Shown here one piece after another: positions 39,123 through 49,388 of a stretch of 64,000 nucleotides of DNA (its first letter is position 1; every line of letters starts with the position of its first letter). The position numbers were made by a program, and so were the translations under genes. The stretch covers positions 1 to 64,000 of the forward strand of contig JAHLWS010000075.1 in the NCBI GenBank assembly GCA_019057795.1, read 5' to 3'. The DNA is from Promethearchaeota archaeon (GTDB taxonomy: Archaea > Asgardarchaeota > Lokiarchaeia > Sigyniarchaeales > SOKP01). The notes under the pieces were generated by a model. It ran no database searches, was not told the DNA's origin, and was given only the letters and a program-made list of their open reading frames with translations.

Positions 39123-39818
39123 TTATTTTCTCTTTTTCACATAGATTACTGATCCGATTATTATTAAAGCAATAACGCCACCAATGCTCAATCCAACGAT
39201 TAAAATTGTGTTGTCAGGTATAAGTATAGTCCATGTTGAAAAATGAGATACTTCAGCAGTTAGATAACCATTTTGTATGGTTGTTGGAACGCTAACCCAT
39301 TCTTCCGTTGCTTCGTCGTAATAAGCCCACTGACCTACGCTATTATCGTTAGTCGCTAATATACTTAATCTCGCTCGCGTGAAAGTACCGTTGCATTCTA
39401 ATTTAACAACAAATCCTTCTTGATATTGAACTCGATTGCGATTTCTAATTTGGTATGTATTACCCTTTAATAAACCTAATTCTTTTTGTTCCTCAGTACA
39501 AGTCATATTCATATAAAGATCGCCTTCACCTTCAATTTCAAGCGCAAAATCTTTAGCGCCGATTTTTAAAGCTTCACAATCAAAGTTTATCTCTAAATTA
39601 ACGTTAGCGTTAACTCTTAACTGAGTTCTTGCTCTAAATCGAAACATAGTCATAGTGTTAGCTTGTATATGTTTTTGATATGTATCACCAGGAACTTCAA
39701 AAGTATCATCTGGATTGCCAACGGCTACGACATTGAAAGATGTAATCGTCGAAAATAGAATCATTAGAAAAAATGTGCCTAAGAGAATTTTACTTAATTT
39801 TTTCATTTTTTTTTTCAC
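39123..39818 (-). CDS. Single-pass surface protein with juxtamembrane HFS motif
   Basis: Signal peptide, beta-rich domain, WAYYD...W...PT.....LTAEVSHFSTWTIL, C-terminal TM + KKRK. Confidence 0.8.
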   Translation of the reverse strand: MKKKMKKLSKILLGTFFLMILFSTITSFNVVAVGNPDDTFEVPGDTYQKHIQANTMTMFRFRARTQLRVNANVNLEINFDCEALKIGAKDFALEIEGEGDLYMNMTCTEEQKELGLLKGNTYQIRNRNRVQYQEGFVVKLECNGTFTRARLSILATNDNSVGQWAYYDEATEEWVSVPTTIQNGYLTAEVSHFSTWTILIPDNTILIVGLSIGGVIALIIIGSVIYVKKRK

Positions 39819-40240
39819 TATATTGTTTTAATTATAACAAAAAAAGGGCATATAAAAAGGATTGAGGAATAAAATTACCCGATTGAAAAGGATAAAAAGT
39901 ACTTTTAATCTAAAGCAAATTTTAAAGTTTAAGTATAGTTTCAATTACTAGGATCATCCCTTAATTTATTTTTAATTACCATAAAATTTTTTAAATCAAT
40001 TTGCGGAAAGCTTTCTAAAATTTTTTGTTTATCTTTTTGATTATCTTTAAACATATTATTAGATAGTGAATTAAAGTCTCAAAAAATGAGGCTTCTTAAT
40101 CCTTAAGTTTTAATATTATCGTTTTGAAAATATTATTATATATAAAATATTTTAAAAAATATTAAAAAGAAATTCAGATTAAATTTATTTTAATAATATG
40201 AATTTTATTAGATTTTAATTTTAGAAATGGAGAAAAGCTT

Positions 40241-42496
40241 ATGAGCTTAAAAGAATTTACGAAGGAAATTTTCACGAGATATGGTTTCTCTGAAGACCAA
40301 ATTAATGTATATATCGTTTACCTTAGAGTCCCAAGAGCAACTTCGTCGGAAGTCTATTTAACTTTAACGGAAAAACACCCTGAATTGACGTATGAAAGCG
40401 TTATTGAAATTACTAATTGGTTGGTTGAAAAGAGCTTTCTCAAAAAAGTAACTGGAATTGTTGACAGGTTTATTCCATTAGAACCATACTTCGAATTATA
40501 CATCGGAGAGTCTAAGATGTTTAGGGACGAAATTGCTAAAATTAAAGACGCAATTTTAGAGGATCAATCAGATCGATTTGAAAGATTGCAAGCCATCCAA
40601 GATAAAAGCATTAATGAAGTAGAAACTGCTGTTGACGACCAGATAAAAGCTTTTTTTGAAGATTCAGACACTAAAACCAACAATAAAAGAGACAGAATTA
40701 ATAGTTCAAGAAACCGGTTTACGGACACATCTAAAACTTTGGAAGAAAATCTTCATTCTATTATGAGTACACTAAATTCAGATATCAAAAACATCTCAGA
40801 TACTAGAGTAAGAGAAAACGAAGCTACGGTAAATAAAACAAAGGATAGTTTAACAGGATTAATTTCAGAGTTATTATCTGATTTTTCAAAAAGAGTAGAA
40901 GATTTAGAAAGAGAACTGAAAAGGGATTTAGATGATCATGTAGATCGCCATCAAACTATCGCAAACGATCTTAAACCTAGAATGGAACAAATTCTTGAAA
41001 AATATTTGGAAAGAATGGACAAGATAGTCGTAGACCTTAAAGGAAGGATTTCAAATCTATTAAAAGAACACTTAAACCACCTTAAGAACGCCACCGACAC
41101 CCTTCAAACTAATTTGAAAGCAACAGTCGACGAAAGACATAGAACATTAACTGACCAAACCAATGAATTTAAAAGTATGACATTAACCTTAATTGATAAT
41201 CTTTTAGAACACGCTAATAGGTTTACAGATTTTTCGGCTGAAATGGGTAAAAAGGGATTTTTTTGGATGGGTAAAAAGAAAAAATATAAAGCAAGACATG
41301 AAACTACGATTCAATCCATTCTCAAATATACTGAACCTATGAAAGAAGATTTTACAAACACAAGTGAGACATATATAAAAGATACACGAAGTACTTCGGA
41401 CAACATGAAAACTGGCATCACAGATGTTATCACTTTAGAAAACGATAATGTCGTTAGCGAAACCAACGATTTAGATCATAAAGCACAAGAGACCATAAAC
41501 GTACAATTAGAAACGCTTGCAAGTGATATGTCGGGAGAGATCGATAATACTTTACAAACTGCCGTAAAGGATTGCTCCGATACCACTGTTAAGCTTAAAG
41601 ATTCGTTAGAGAACTCGCTTAAAACTCACAATAGACAATACGACGAAGCAATTAATAGACATAAAGACGAATCATTAAGGCACTATACTGCATATGACGG
41701 AGATATTAAAAGAATCAAAGAGGATTGGATTAGAGACCTTGATGATAAATTCACTAGCGGAAAAAGAGACAGTTCTGATAAAATTACCGCTGAAATTAAC
41801 TTGTGGGGCGACGAATCAGCAGACTTAGATAGAAACTTAAGTGAAATGCTTATTGATCATAAGTCTAAATACGAAGAAAATGCGAAAACCTTACAAAATA
41901 GTTTATCGAATACTACTCGAGACACAACACAAAACATCAAAGATGCGATCGCCGATTTCACACTCCAATTTATGAACTCCATTGACGACGCCACAGAGTT
42001 AGCCGAAAAGAACGAAGGAAAGCTTAGTGATATACACATCACTTCAAGTTCAATTCCAGAAATAATGGACATTACGACATGGCAGGTGGTAGGACGAGAG
42101 GCTCTAGTTGCAGCTATGAAGGATGCTATTTATAGGGTAAAATCTTCAATTATTATCGTAATGCCATACGTGCTTCCAGAGATTTTACAAGTTATAAGTG
42201 AATACGCTTATCAGAAAAAAGCAGTAAGATTCATGCTAACCTCGAGATTTGATATGGCAACCTACGGCGATATCATAAAAAAGATGATTGCGCTAGGCAA
42301 TATCCAATTCCGACAATTAAGTGGAGCCGGCGAATTCTTTGCACTAACCAGAGACGCTGAAGAAGTCATCATTGGTCCTGCATCGGAAAAAGAAGGAGAA
42401 ATGATAAGCGTGGTTTCCAATCAAACAGCCTATAGTATTCTCTATAGCCAGTTTATAGGGCCTATATTCCAGGCTAATTCCCGCCCAATAAAATAG
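40241..42496 (+). CDS. TrmB-like HTH + long coiled coil + TrmB/PLD-like C-terminal domain
   Basis: GFSEDQINVY..L N-terminus; ~500 aa of helical heptads; C-terminal SSIIIVMP...RDAEEVIIGP. Confidence 0.7.
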   Translation: MSLKEFTKEIFTRYGFSEDQINVYIVYLRVPRATSSEVYLTLTEKHPELTYESVIEITNWLVEKSFLKKVTGIVDRFIPLEPYFELYIGESKMFRDEIAKIKDAILEDQSDRFERLQAIQDKSINEVETAVDDQIKAFFEDSDTKTNNKRDRINSSRNRFTDTSKTLEENLHSIMSTLNSDIKNISDTRVRENEATVNKTKDSLTGLISELLSDFSKRVEDLERELKRDLDDHVDRHQTIANDLKPRMEQILEKYLERMDKIVVDLKGRISNLLKEHLNHLKNATDTLQTNLKATVDERHRTLTDQTNEFKSMTLTLIDNLLEHANRFTDFSAEMGKKGFFWMGKKKKYKARHETTIQSILKYTEPMKEDFTNTSETYIKDTRSTSDNMKTGITDVITLENDNVVSETNDLDHKAQETINVQLETLASDMSGEIDNTLQTAVKDCSDTTVKLKDSLENSLKTHNRQYDEAINRHKDESLRHYTAYDGDIKRIKEDWIRDLDDKFTSGKRDSSDKITAEINLWGDESADLDRNLSEMLIDHKSKYEENAKTLQNSLSNTTRDTTQNIKDAIADFTLQFMNSIDDATELAEKNEGKLSDIHITSSSIPEIMDITTWQVVGREALVAAMKDAIYRVKSSIIIVMPYVLPEILQVISEYAYQKKAVRFMLTSRFDMATYGDIIKKMIALGNIQFRQLSGAGEFFALTRDAEEVIIGPASEKEGEMISVVSNQTAYSILYSQFIGPIFQANSRPIK

Positions 42497-42631
42497 GAGG
42501 AGATTAACCAGAATTCCAAACTGGATAATCTCATACAAGACTTTTTTTTATCTTTCTTTTTTAATTTAATGAGTTAATGGATGTTTAAATTTTATTATAG
42601 GAAATAAAAAGAGAAGGTAAAAAATTAAAGT

Positions 42632-43903
42632 TTATTTAGATTTTAGAGTGTTCATATCATCGTCGTCTACATGTATACGCTTTAGGTCTATATCAGAGTA
42701 TCCCGGCAAGATGTTGATGAATTGACGCATGGAGTTCTTAATATCCTTGCTGGAAGTAATATATCTACCAACTATTAAGATATCAGCTTTCATTTTTAAA
42801 GCATATTCAGCTGTAGCTGGTTCGATTCCTCCGGCAACTGCTACTAACACGCGATCTTTTCCAGATGCTAATTTTTTATCAGCATACAGTTCTTTTATTT
42901 TAGAAACGAATTGCCATTTTTGTTTTTGGGCGTCATCTGAACCTTCTATGGCGTTTTCTACATCTATCGCTCTATGAAGAATGACAACATCTGGTATTTG
43001 TTTCAATTGCTTTAATTTCTCGATGGGATCAACCACTTCCATTGTGTCAACGAACCCATAAATTCCAAGACGTCTTGCTTCTAATAGAAACTTATCAATT
43101 GATTTGGGAGAAGCCAAACCACTTGCTACTACGGCGTCGGCAGTAGCATCAAAAGCAAAATCCACCTCTAATTTGCCTACATCAAGCGTTTTTAAATCAG
43201 CGACAATGAATTTCTCCTGAGCTATCTCTCGTATCTTTATAATTGCCTCCATTCCATATTTCTTTAGAAACGGGGTTCCAATTTCTAAAATGATTCTATC
43301 GCTTTTTGGGAGTTGCTTAACAACTTTCAATTGATGTTCCATACTTGGCGCATCTAAAGCAACTTGTATATAGGGGGGTCTCCAAAGTCTTGGAACTTTT
43401 AATCCAGCAACAGGATGTTTCGCGCGATCCTTATCGTAGAAAATTTTCTCAATTGGAGGATAATTTTTTAAAGCCCTTTGAATAGCTAATTTTGTAGCAC
43501 CATAATTATACTGATATATTTTCCTATAATCTGTTGCTTCGGGATGAATAAAAACGCTCACAATTAAAAGCCATTCATCAAGTTTATTCATCGGAATGAG
43601 GTTTTCTTCGACAGCATCCGCTATTGCTTTAGCAACGGCGGCTTGAGCTGGCCCAAAAATTTTATTAGCATCTTCCATTTTTGAGATAGTTACTTTTGGA
43701 ATTACCAAACTAACAGGTTTAGTTATCAAATTCGGTCTAATACACGCTAGAAGCCCTCCATGACCTATTGAAGGGTTACTAAGGGCATTAGCAAAAGATA
43801 TTCCCACGGGTCCGTCTTTGGAGCCGATGATTAGATCGATATGAGCTAATGAGCTCCCAGAACCTAGAAGTGCCTCTCCTATAAAATAGTCAATTTTAGC
43901 CAT
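42632..43903 (-). CDS. fae-hps: Bifunctional formaldehyde-activating enzyme / 3-hexulose-6-phosphate synthase
   Basis: GEAL.G...AHIDL.IG, FGPAQAAVAKA, YNYGATKLA; LE.GTP, ADLKTLD.G, HRAIDVE, VAGG, VGR. Start set at ATG 43903. Confidence 0.93.
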   Translation of the reverse strand: MAKIDYFIGEALLGSGSSLAHIDLIIGSKDGPVGISFANALSNPSIGHGGLLACIRPNLITKPVSLVIPKVTISKMEDANKIFGPAQAAVAKAIADAVEENLIPMNKLDEWLLIVSVFIHPEATDYRKIYQYNYGATKLAIQRALKNYPPIEKIFYDKDRAKHPVAGLKVPRLWRPPYIQVALDAPSMEHQLKVVKQLPKSDRIILEIGTPFLKKYGMEAIIKIREIAQEKFIVADLKTLDVGKLEVDFAFDATADAVVASGLASPKSIDKFLLEARRLGIYGFVDTMEVVDPIEKLKQLKQIPDVVILHRAIDVENAIEGSDDAQKQKWQFVSKIKELYADKKLASGKDRVLVAVAGGIEPATAEYALKMKADILIVGRYITSSKDIKNSMRQFINILPGYSDIDLKRIHVDDDDMNTLKSK

Positions 43904-44148
43904 ATAAAACAACGCAATTATTATCTATTTAAAATTCTATATTTTTTAGATATTATAATTTATTTCTTTACTACATTAAATTAGAGTTAATTCTCCATTA
44001 TTAAAATTATCTTTAATGAAATTGAAAAAAGTGAGAGAGTAGATAATTATAAATATTAATATTGTTATGTATTTTAAAGAAATCGGTTTTGTATTCCAAA
44101 ATAGGTTTATTGGTTACAGGAGTTATTAAAAGAATCATTTTAGCTTTT

Positions 44149-44967
44149 TCAAGTATTTTGGTTTTCGCCTTCCGTAGCTTCAATATCTGGTAGCGAGTCA
44201 GGAATTTCAAAGGAATTAATCAATTTTTCCATATCTCCTTCTTCACTTATTTTATCTTCGTGAATTATAGGCAATTTAATGCGTAAAGAGGGCATTTCAT
44301 CGTTATTACGGATAAAGAGCTCGATTCCTTGAATTACTCTGTCTTTAACAATTATTCGTGTAGAATAGTTTCGATCGTCAAATAATGTGAATCCATTGTT
44401 CAGTTTTCCAAGTTTCACTAAATTAGTTGAATATCGCTCCTCAATGAGCATAGCTTCTGGAACCTCTTCTTCGGAATAAATAATACCGCCAATAATTATA
44501 AAGATTCTCTTAAGATCTTCGGGTTTAGAACAGAGATTTATATTTTCCATAGCTCTACTTAATCTGTAGCTGTGAATAATCATTTCTTTCTTTGTACTTT
44601 GCATTCCTGAATCAGAAAAATCCTTTTTATCGATAGATTTTGCTCTTCCAGCTCCAATGGGTTTATTCATTACTTCTTGAAACTCAGGACCATCTTTAGA
44701 ATAAAAATTTAACGAATATACTCTGTAGAACAATCTTAATTGTTTACGGAACATTCCCGCTAAAATTCCTCCGAAAATTTGAAGCTTTAAAGAGCTATTA
44801 GGGCCATTGTAAGTCCAAATCCTTTTAGTATCGTGATCTATAAGCAAATAAACTTTACGACTATTAAGATCGTCCATTATAACTTTTCCAACAATTTCTC
44901 CTTCATCAACATCAACAGTCAAGAAATAAGGAAATTCGCGTAACTCAAGCGCCTCAAAAATTTGCAA
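44149..44967 (-). CDS. Gelsolin-like domain protein (1DGelX-like)
   Basis: DLNSRKVYLLIDHDTKRIWTYNG.NSS resembles the gelsolin core; second beta domain follows. Confidence 0.6.
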   Translation of the reverse strand: MQIFEALELREFPYFLTVDVDEGEIVGKVIMDDLNSRKVYLLIDHDTKRIWTYNGPNSSLKLQIFGGILAGMFRKQLRLFYRVYSLNFYSKDGPEFQEVMNKPIGAGRAKSIDKKDFSDSGMQSTKKEMIIHSYRLSRAMENINLCSKPEDLKRIFIIIGGIIYSEEEVPEAMLIEERYSTNLVKLGKLNNGFTLFDDRNYSTRIIVKDRVIQGIELFIRNNDEMPSLRIKLPIIHEDKISEEGDMEKLINSFEIPDSLPDIEATEGENQNT

Positions 44968-45133
44968 ATTTTAAACCCAATTTTTTTCTATATTTTTAAT
45001 AGGTACTGATCTTTAAAATAAATTTTATTTTTAATAAATTATTCTGAAAAATTCTAAAACCTCAAAAATCAATAAAATATTTAAATTTTAGGACATTCTT
45101 TTTAATAATTTCCTTTTGGTTAGTCTGATAATT

Positions 45134-45538
45134 ATGAGTTCAGAGAAAAGAGTATACAAGCTTAACATTTCTGGGGGAAGCGAAGGCCCAGGAAAGGGAT
45201 TATCTAAATTGATTGAGATCGATGAGAAGAAATTCCGTTTTGAAGGTATGAAGATCGGAGAGATAATTAAAGGGGGTCTAATTGGTTTTCCAAACTACGA
45301 GTTTCAAATCATGGGTGGCTCGGACGAAAGTGGTTTTCCTATGAGAAAAGACGTTCATGGCCCCGTAAAAAAGAGAATTTTAGTTTCAAAAAGAGCAATT
45401 GGTTATAAACCAAAGAGAAAAGGAGAAAAGCGAAGGAAGATGATCAGGGGTAACGAAATAAGTTATGATATGACGCTCCTAAATTTAATGGTTGTAAAAT
45501 ATGGAGAAACTGAACTCTTTAAAGTGAAAGAAGAATAA
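45134..45538 (+). CDS. rps6e: 30S ribosomal protein eS6
   Basis: GGSD.SGFPMR.DVHG...KG..RRK.IRGN. Confidence 0.95.
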   Translation: MSSEKRVYKLNISGGSEGPGKGLSKLIEIDEKKFRFEGMKIGEIIKGGLIGFPNYEFQIMGGSDESGFPMRKDVHGPVKKRILVSKRAIGYKPKRKGEKRRKMIRGNEISYDMTLLNLMVVKYGETELFKVKEE

Positions 45539-45570
45539 TAATCTAATTAACAGAGCGAGATGAAAATTCG

Positions 45571-45753
45571 ATGGTTAAAGTAAAGAAATGCTCTTTTTGC
45601 CAGGGAGATGTCTTAATAGGAAGAGGACACATGTACATTAAGAAAGATGGAACTATTCTAAATTTCTGTACACATAAATGTAGAATCGCTATGTTAGTGC
45701 AAAAAAGAAACCCCCGTAAAGTAAGATGGACGAAAGTTTATGGGAAAGAGTAA
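45571..45753 (+). CDS. rpl24e: 50S ribosomal protein eL24
   Basis: CSFC...G.G.MY..KDG...FC..KC...RNPRKVRWT. Confidence 0.95.
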   Translation: MVKVKKCSFCQGDVLIGRGHMYIKKDGTILNFCTHKCRIAMLVQKRNPRKVRWTKVYGKE

Positions 45754-45817
45754 AATTAAAAATATTACTTTTTTAACTCTAATTCTGAATAACTATATTT
45801 AAGATAATATTTTTAGC

Positions 45818-46018
45818 TTATTGTAGCCTTGGGAACTTTAATAGCTCCTCTATCAAGTCTACATGCGAGACAATCATTCTTTTACAACAGAACCTCTCAA
45901 TACCCAACTCTTTAAAAGCGTCTTCAGCGGTTTCTCCTTTTTCTATAAGTTCCAAATAAGGTTTATAGATATGGGCTACAAGTCGTCCACATGAAAAGCA
46001 TCTGATCGGTATAATCAT
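45818..46018 (-). CDS. rpoN: RNA polymerase subunit Rpo10 (N)
   Basis: MIIPIRCFSCG...RFCCKRM. Confidence 0.96.
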   Translation of the reverse strand: MIIPIRCFSCGRLVAHIYKPYLELIEKGETAEDAFKELGIERFCCKRMIVSHVDLIEELLKFPRLQ

Positions 46019-46213
46019 AATAGATAATTAAAAGTAGTATTCTAAAAAAATTTTACCATTATTGCATTCATATTCTAAAAATAACGATCTTATCCATGAT
46101 ATCTTATTTTTAGCGTAAATCCAAAATTTTATTTTAAATCCTATATTTAATATTACATTAAAAATCGATGATTTATGATAATATATTAAAAATATATATT
46201 GGAAAGAGAAAAA

Positions 46214-46585
46214 ATGAGTTATATAAAATTTAAAGTTCCTGACGCTTTAAAAAACGATATCAAGGATGTTTTATCCACGATCTCCGCTACTAGAGATTCA
46301 AAAATAAGAAAGGGAATGAACGAGGTCACTAAATCAATTGAAAGAAGTTTAGCGAAGCTTGTTATTATGGCGGAAGATGTAAGTCCACCTGAAATTTTGT
46401 TTCATGTGCCATTGCTCTGCGAAGAAAAATCTATTCCCTATTGCTATGTTGCAACAAAAAAAGAATTGGGAAACGCCGCTCGAATTAACATCTCGTCATC
46501 TGCTGTAGCAATTGAAACTATTGGAACTGGAAATGATAAAGCTTTAGAAGATATAATAAAAAAGTTAGAAGCATTAAAAAAATAA
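46214..46585 (+). CDS. rpl7ae: 50S ribosomal protein L7Ae (eL8)
   Basis: IRKGMNEVTK..ER..AKLV..AEDV.PPEI..H.PLLCEEK.IPY. Confidence 0.96.
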   Translation: MSYIKFKVPDALKNDIKDVLSTISATRDSKIRKGMNEVTKSIERSLAKLVIMAEDVSPPEILFHVPLLCEEKSIPYCYVATKKELGNAARINISSSAVAIETIGTGNDKALEDIIKKLEALKK

Positions 46586-46599
46586 TTCGGTGAAAGTCC

Positions 46600-46845
46600 T
46601 TGGTAAAGATTGAGAAAAGAAAAGGAAAAACTGCGTATGATGCCTCTATTCCTGCCGAGGTTCTTCAAATTGTTGGTAGAACTGGTTTAACCGGCGAGAT
46701 CAATCAAATTAAAGTTAGAATTCTCGAAGGGCCCGATAAAAATCGAATTCTCACGAGAAATGTTAAGGGGCCTGTACAAGTTGCCGATATTGTTGTTTTA
46801 AGGGAAGTTGAAAGAGAAGCACGAAAAATTCGTAAGCGAAGATAA
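46600..46845 (+). CDS. rps28e: 30S ribosomal protein eS28
   Basis: GRTG..GE..Q.KVRIL.G....R...RNVKGPV; TTG start with SD GGTGA. Confidence 0.95.
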   Translation: MVKIEKRKGKTAYDASIPAEVLQIVGRTGLTGEINQIKVRILEGPDKNRILTRNVKGPVQVADIVVLREVEREARKIRKRR

Positions 46846-46865
46846 TAATATTTATTTTGATTCTA

Positions 46866-47069
46866 CTAGTCAAAATATTTAAATCCTAATAATTTCAGAT
46901 TATCGTATTCGGTGTGCAAAAATTCTCGTATTGCAGTTCTTATTGCTTCTGATCTACTAGCTGTAATTTTCATTTTTATTAATTTTTGAATATTTTCATC
47001 GTAAATCTCAGGTATGTTGATAGTTATGTTTTGCATTTTTGGTTTCTTTTCTTTTTTATTGTTTGGCAA
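46866..47069 (-). CDS. Ribbon-helix-helix (CopG) protein
   Basis: ITINIP......IQKL......SRSEAIR.AIREFL. Confidence 0.85.
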   Translation of the reverse strand: MPNNKKEKKPKMQNITINIPEIYDENIQKLIKMKITASRSEAIRTAIREFLHTEYDNLKLLGFKYFD

Positions 47070-47335
47070 TTTAACTTAACCCAATCTTATTAATTTTTAA
47101 ATTCAAGTTCAAAAGGAGGTATTATTTTGAATTACAAATGCTATAGTATTCTTAGCCCTTAATAAATTCCAACTTTTTAATAATAAATTATAAGTTAAAC
47201 TTGTATATAAAATTATCTCTCCGATTATGAAGGTATTTAAAGAACTCTATATCAGATGTAAATAATTTTGATGTGTTTATCTTTATACTGAACAATTAAT
47301 GTTAACAATTTAAGGTAGTGTGAAAAAATTTTATA

Positions 47336-48010
47336 TTATTTTCTATCTTCCTTTTTAATGTAGCGACCTCTTGTTTCTATTGTAGTCATGTTTCTTATGA
47401 TTTCTTTGCTTTCATTTACTTTTGCTTCTCCATATTCTGTGCGATAACCGTCTAAAAAGGCATCAAAACAAATTTTATAATCAATACCATGAGAAGAGAG
47501 TAAAACTCTTTTAAAAAGATGGAGATCAACGCTTTTATCTTCAATAGAATCGGAGTAATTGTGGAGTCCAAAATCTATAATGAAAATTTCTTGAATTGGA
47601 GTAATAATGATATTGCTTGTGGTAATATCACCATGAATATGGCCATTTTTGTGTAAAATAGCTATATATTTACCGATCTCATTAAAAATTTGCTGTTTTT
47701 TATCGTCTTCTATTGATTTCATAAAATCTTTTAATTTTTCTCCTTTAATATACTTCATTACGATTGTAGAGTTCTCAGTGTCAATTTCGTAAACTTGAGG
47801 AACATTTACACCATAGTTTTTAACTTTTATCAGGGCTCTAGCCTCGTTAAGGGTTCGACTAACGCGTATTTTTTTATCGAGCTGCTCTATACGATAACTT
47901 TTAGGGCTACGGAGTTTAAATATAACTTCTTTACCAAACCAATGACCGTAGAAAAGACTTGCTTCAGCACCCTTGTGACTAAGTTTTTCTATAACAATCT
48001 CATTAATCAA
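47336..48010 (-). CDS. bud32: KEOPS kinase Bud32
   Basis: KGAEA, K.YR...LD, HGDITTSN, IDFGL, VDLH, RGRY. Confidence 0.95.
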   Translation of the reverse strand: MINEIVIEKLSHKGAEASLFYGHWFGKEVIFKLRSPKSYRIEQLDKKIRVSRTLNEARALIKVKNYGVNVPQVYEIDTENSTIVMKYIKGEKLKDFMKSIEDDKKQQIFNEIGKYIAILHKNGHIHGDITTSNIIITPIQEIFIIDFGLHNYSDSIEDKSVDLHLFKRVLLSSHGIDYKICFDAFLDGYRTEYGEAKVNESKEIIRNMTTIETRGRYIKKEDRK

Positions 48011-48023
48011 TCTCTTAAACCAC

Positions 48024-49040
48024 CTAATCTCTCCAAGGAATTATGATTTGATCCATGCGCTCTTTAGGGTTTATTTGCGTTTCTAAAACTGTATGACCCC
48101 CTTCAGCTTCATACCTTAGAAGGCCAGTCCATCCAATCATTGCGCCATTATCTCCCGCGTATTTTAAAGGAACAACTTCAAACCTCGCGCCATGTTCTGC
48201 ACTTATATATTTAATCATTTCTTGCAACCTTTTATTAGCAGCAACACCACCAGTTAATAAAACTTCTTTTTTTTCCGTGTGAGCTAAAGCCCTTTCGGTA
48301 ACTTCAGTTAACATAGCAAAAGCAGTTTCTTGCAACGAATAAGCAACATCGTTTAAATTATATTTCTTATTATAATCTTTGGACTCTAATAACCTCTTAG
48401 CGGCTGTATAGAGTCCTGAAAAAGATAAATCCATACCTTTCACAACGTAAGGCAAAGACAAATATTTATTTGATTTTAACGCTAATTTTTCGATTTTTGG
48501 GCCTCCAGGATGGGGTAATCCAACATCTCGAGCAAATGAATCTATTAAATTACCAATAGGAATATCGAGAGTCTCTCCAAAAATTTGATAACTTCCAGAC
48601 TCATATGCACTAACAATCGTATTCCCACCTGATACATATAAAGTTAGAGGATCCTCAATTTTACACATTAGTCGTCCAATCTCTATGTGAGCAATGCAGT
48701 GATTAACCGCTACAATTGGAATATCTAACAGTTGAGTCAACATTCTAGCAGCTTGGGCACCAATTTTTAATATAGGTCCTAAACCAGGGCTCTTACTAAA
48801 TGCGATTAAATCAATATCATGTATTGAAATACTTGCCTCTAATAACGCCTGGTTTATAATATTCATAAAATTATTAAGATGTTGCTCTTTTACTAATGCT
48901 GGATGAAGACCACCTTTTTCAGGAATATACATATCATTAACAAGACTAAATACAGTTCCATCAAAACCTATGATACCCACGCTCCAAGTGTGAGCCGTAG
49001 ATTCAATACCTAAAATTTTTTTTAATTTCATCAAAATCAC
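48024..49040 (-). CDS. kae1: KEOPS t6A synthase Kae1
   Basis: GIESTAHT, VNHCIAHIE, VSGGNT, GETLD, GDNGAMI; start may be ATG 49031. Confidence 0.96.
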   Translation of the reverse strand: MILMKLKKILGIESTAHTWSVGIIGFDGTVFSLVNDMYIPEKGGLHPALVKEQHLNNFMNIINQALLEASISIHDIDLIAFSKSPGLGPILKIGAQAARMLTQLLDIPIVAVNHCIAHIEIGRLMCKIEDPLTLYVSGGNTIVSAYESGSYQIFGETLDIPIGNLIDSFARDVGLPHPGGPKIEKLALKSNKYLSLPYVVKGMDLSFSGLYTAAKRLLESKDYNKKYNLNDVAYSLQETAFAMLTEVTERALAHTEKKEVLLTGGVAANKRLQEMIKYISAEHGARFEVVPLKYAGDNGAMIGWTGLLRYEAEGGHTVLETQINPKERMDQIIIPWRD

Positions 49041-49123
49041 CTAATAATATAAATATAGCAATGTTAATATGGTGTATTAAAAGGAGGTACTGAATAAGAT
49101 AGTTTGGAGTTTATTATTAGAGT

Positions 49124-49351
49124 TTAAGTTGACTTAGTGCGTTTTCGAGGGGTTCGGGTTCTACTATGTCTTGCAACTGTAGCAGCTCCCTTCTTACCTT
49201 TTCTTTTGAATATAGTGTATCCACACTTTCCGCACGACCATCTATCGTAGTGGTTCGCGAGAAATACCGAGGGGGCACACTTAGGACAGACTCTATGTGT
49301 CCTAACTAATTTACCATCTTCAATTTTATAAAATTTGGATGCGTTTGACAT
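49124..49351 (-). CDS. rps27ae: 30S ribosomal protein eS31 (S27ae), no ubiquitin fusion
   Basis: CPKC...FLA.H.DR..CGKCGYT. Confidence 0.95.
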   Translation of the reverse strand: MSNASKFYKIEDGKLVRTHRVCPKCAPSVFLANHYDRWSCGKCGYTIFKRKGKKGAATVARHSRTRTPRKRTKST

Positions 49352-49388
49352 AAATTCTTCAATTTATTTTTTAATTAATTTAATAGTT

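Noticed and set aside
40241-42496. SMC ATPase
   Set aside because: No Walker A/B or signature motif; coiled coil only.
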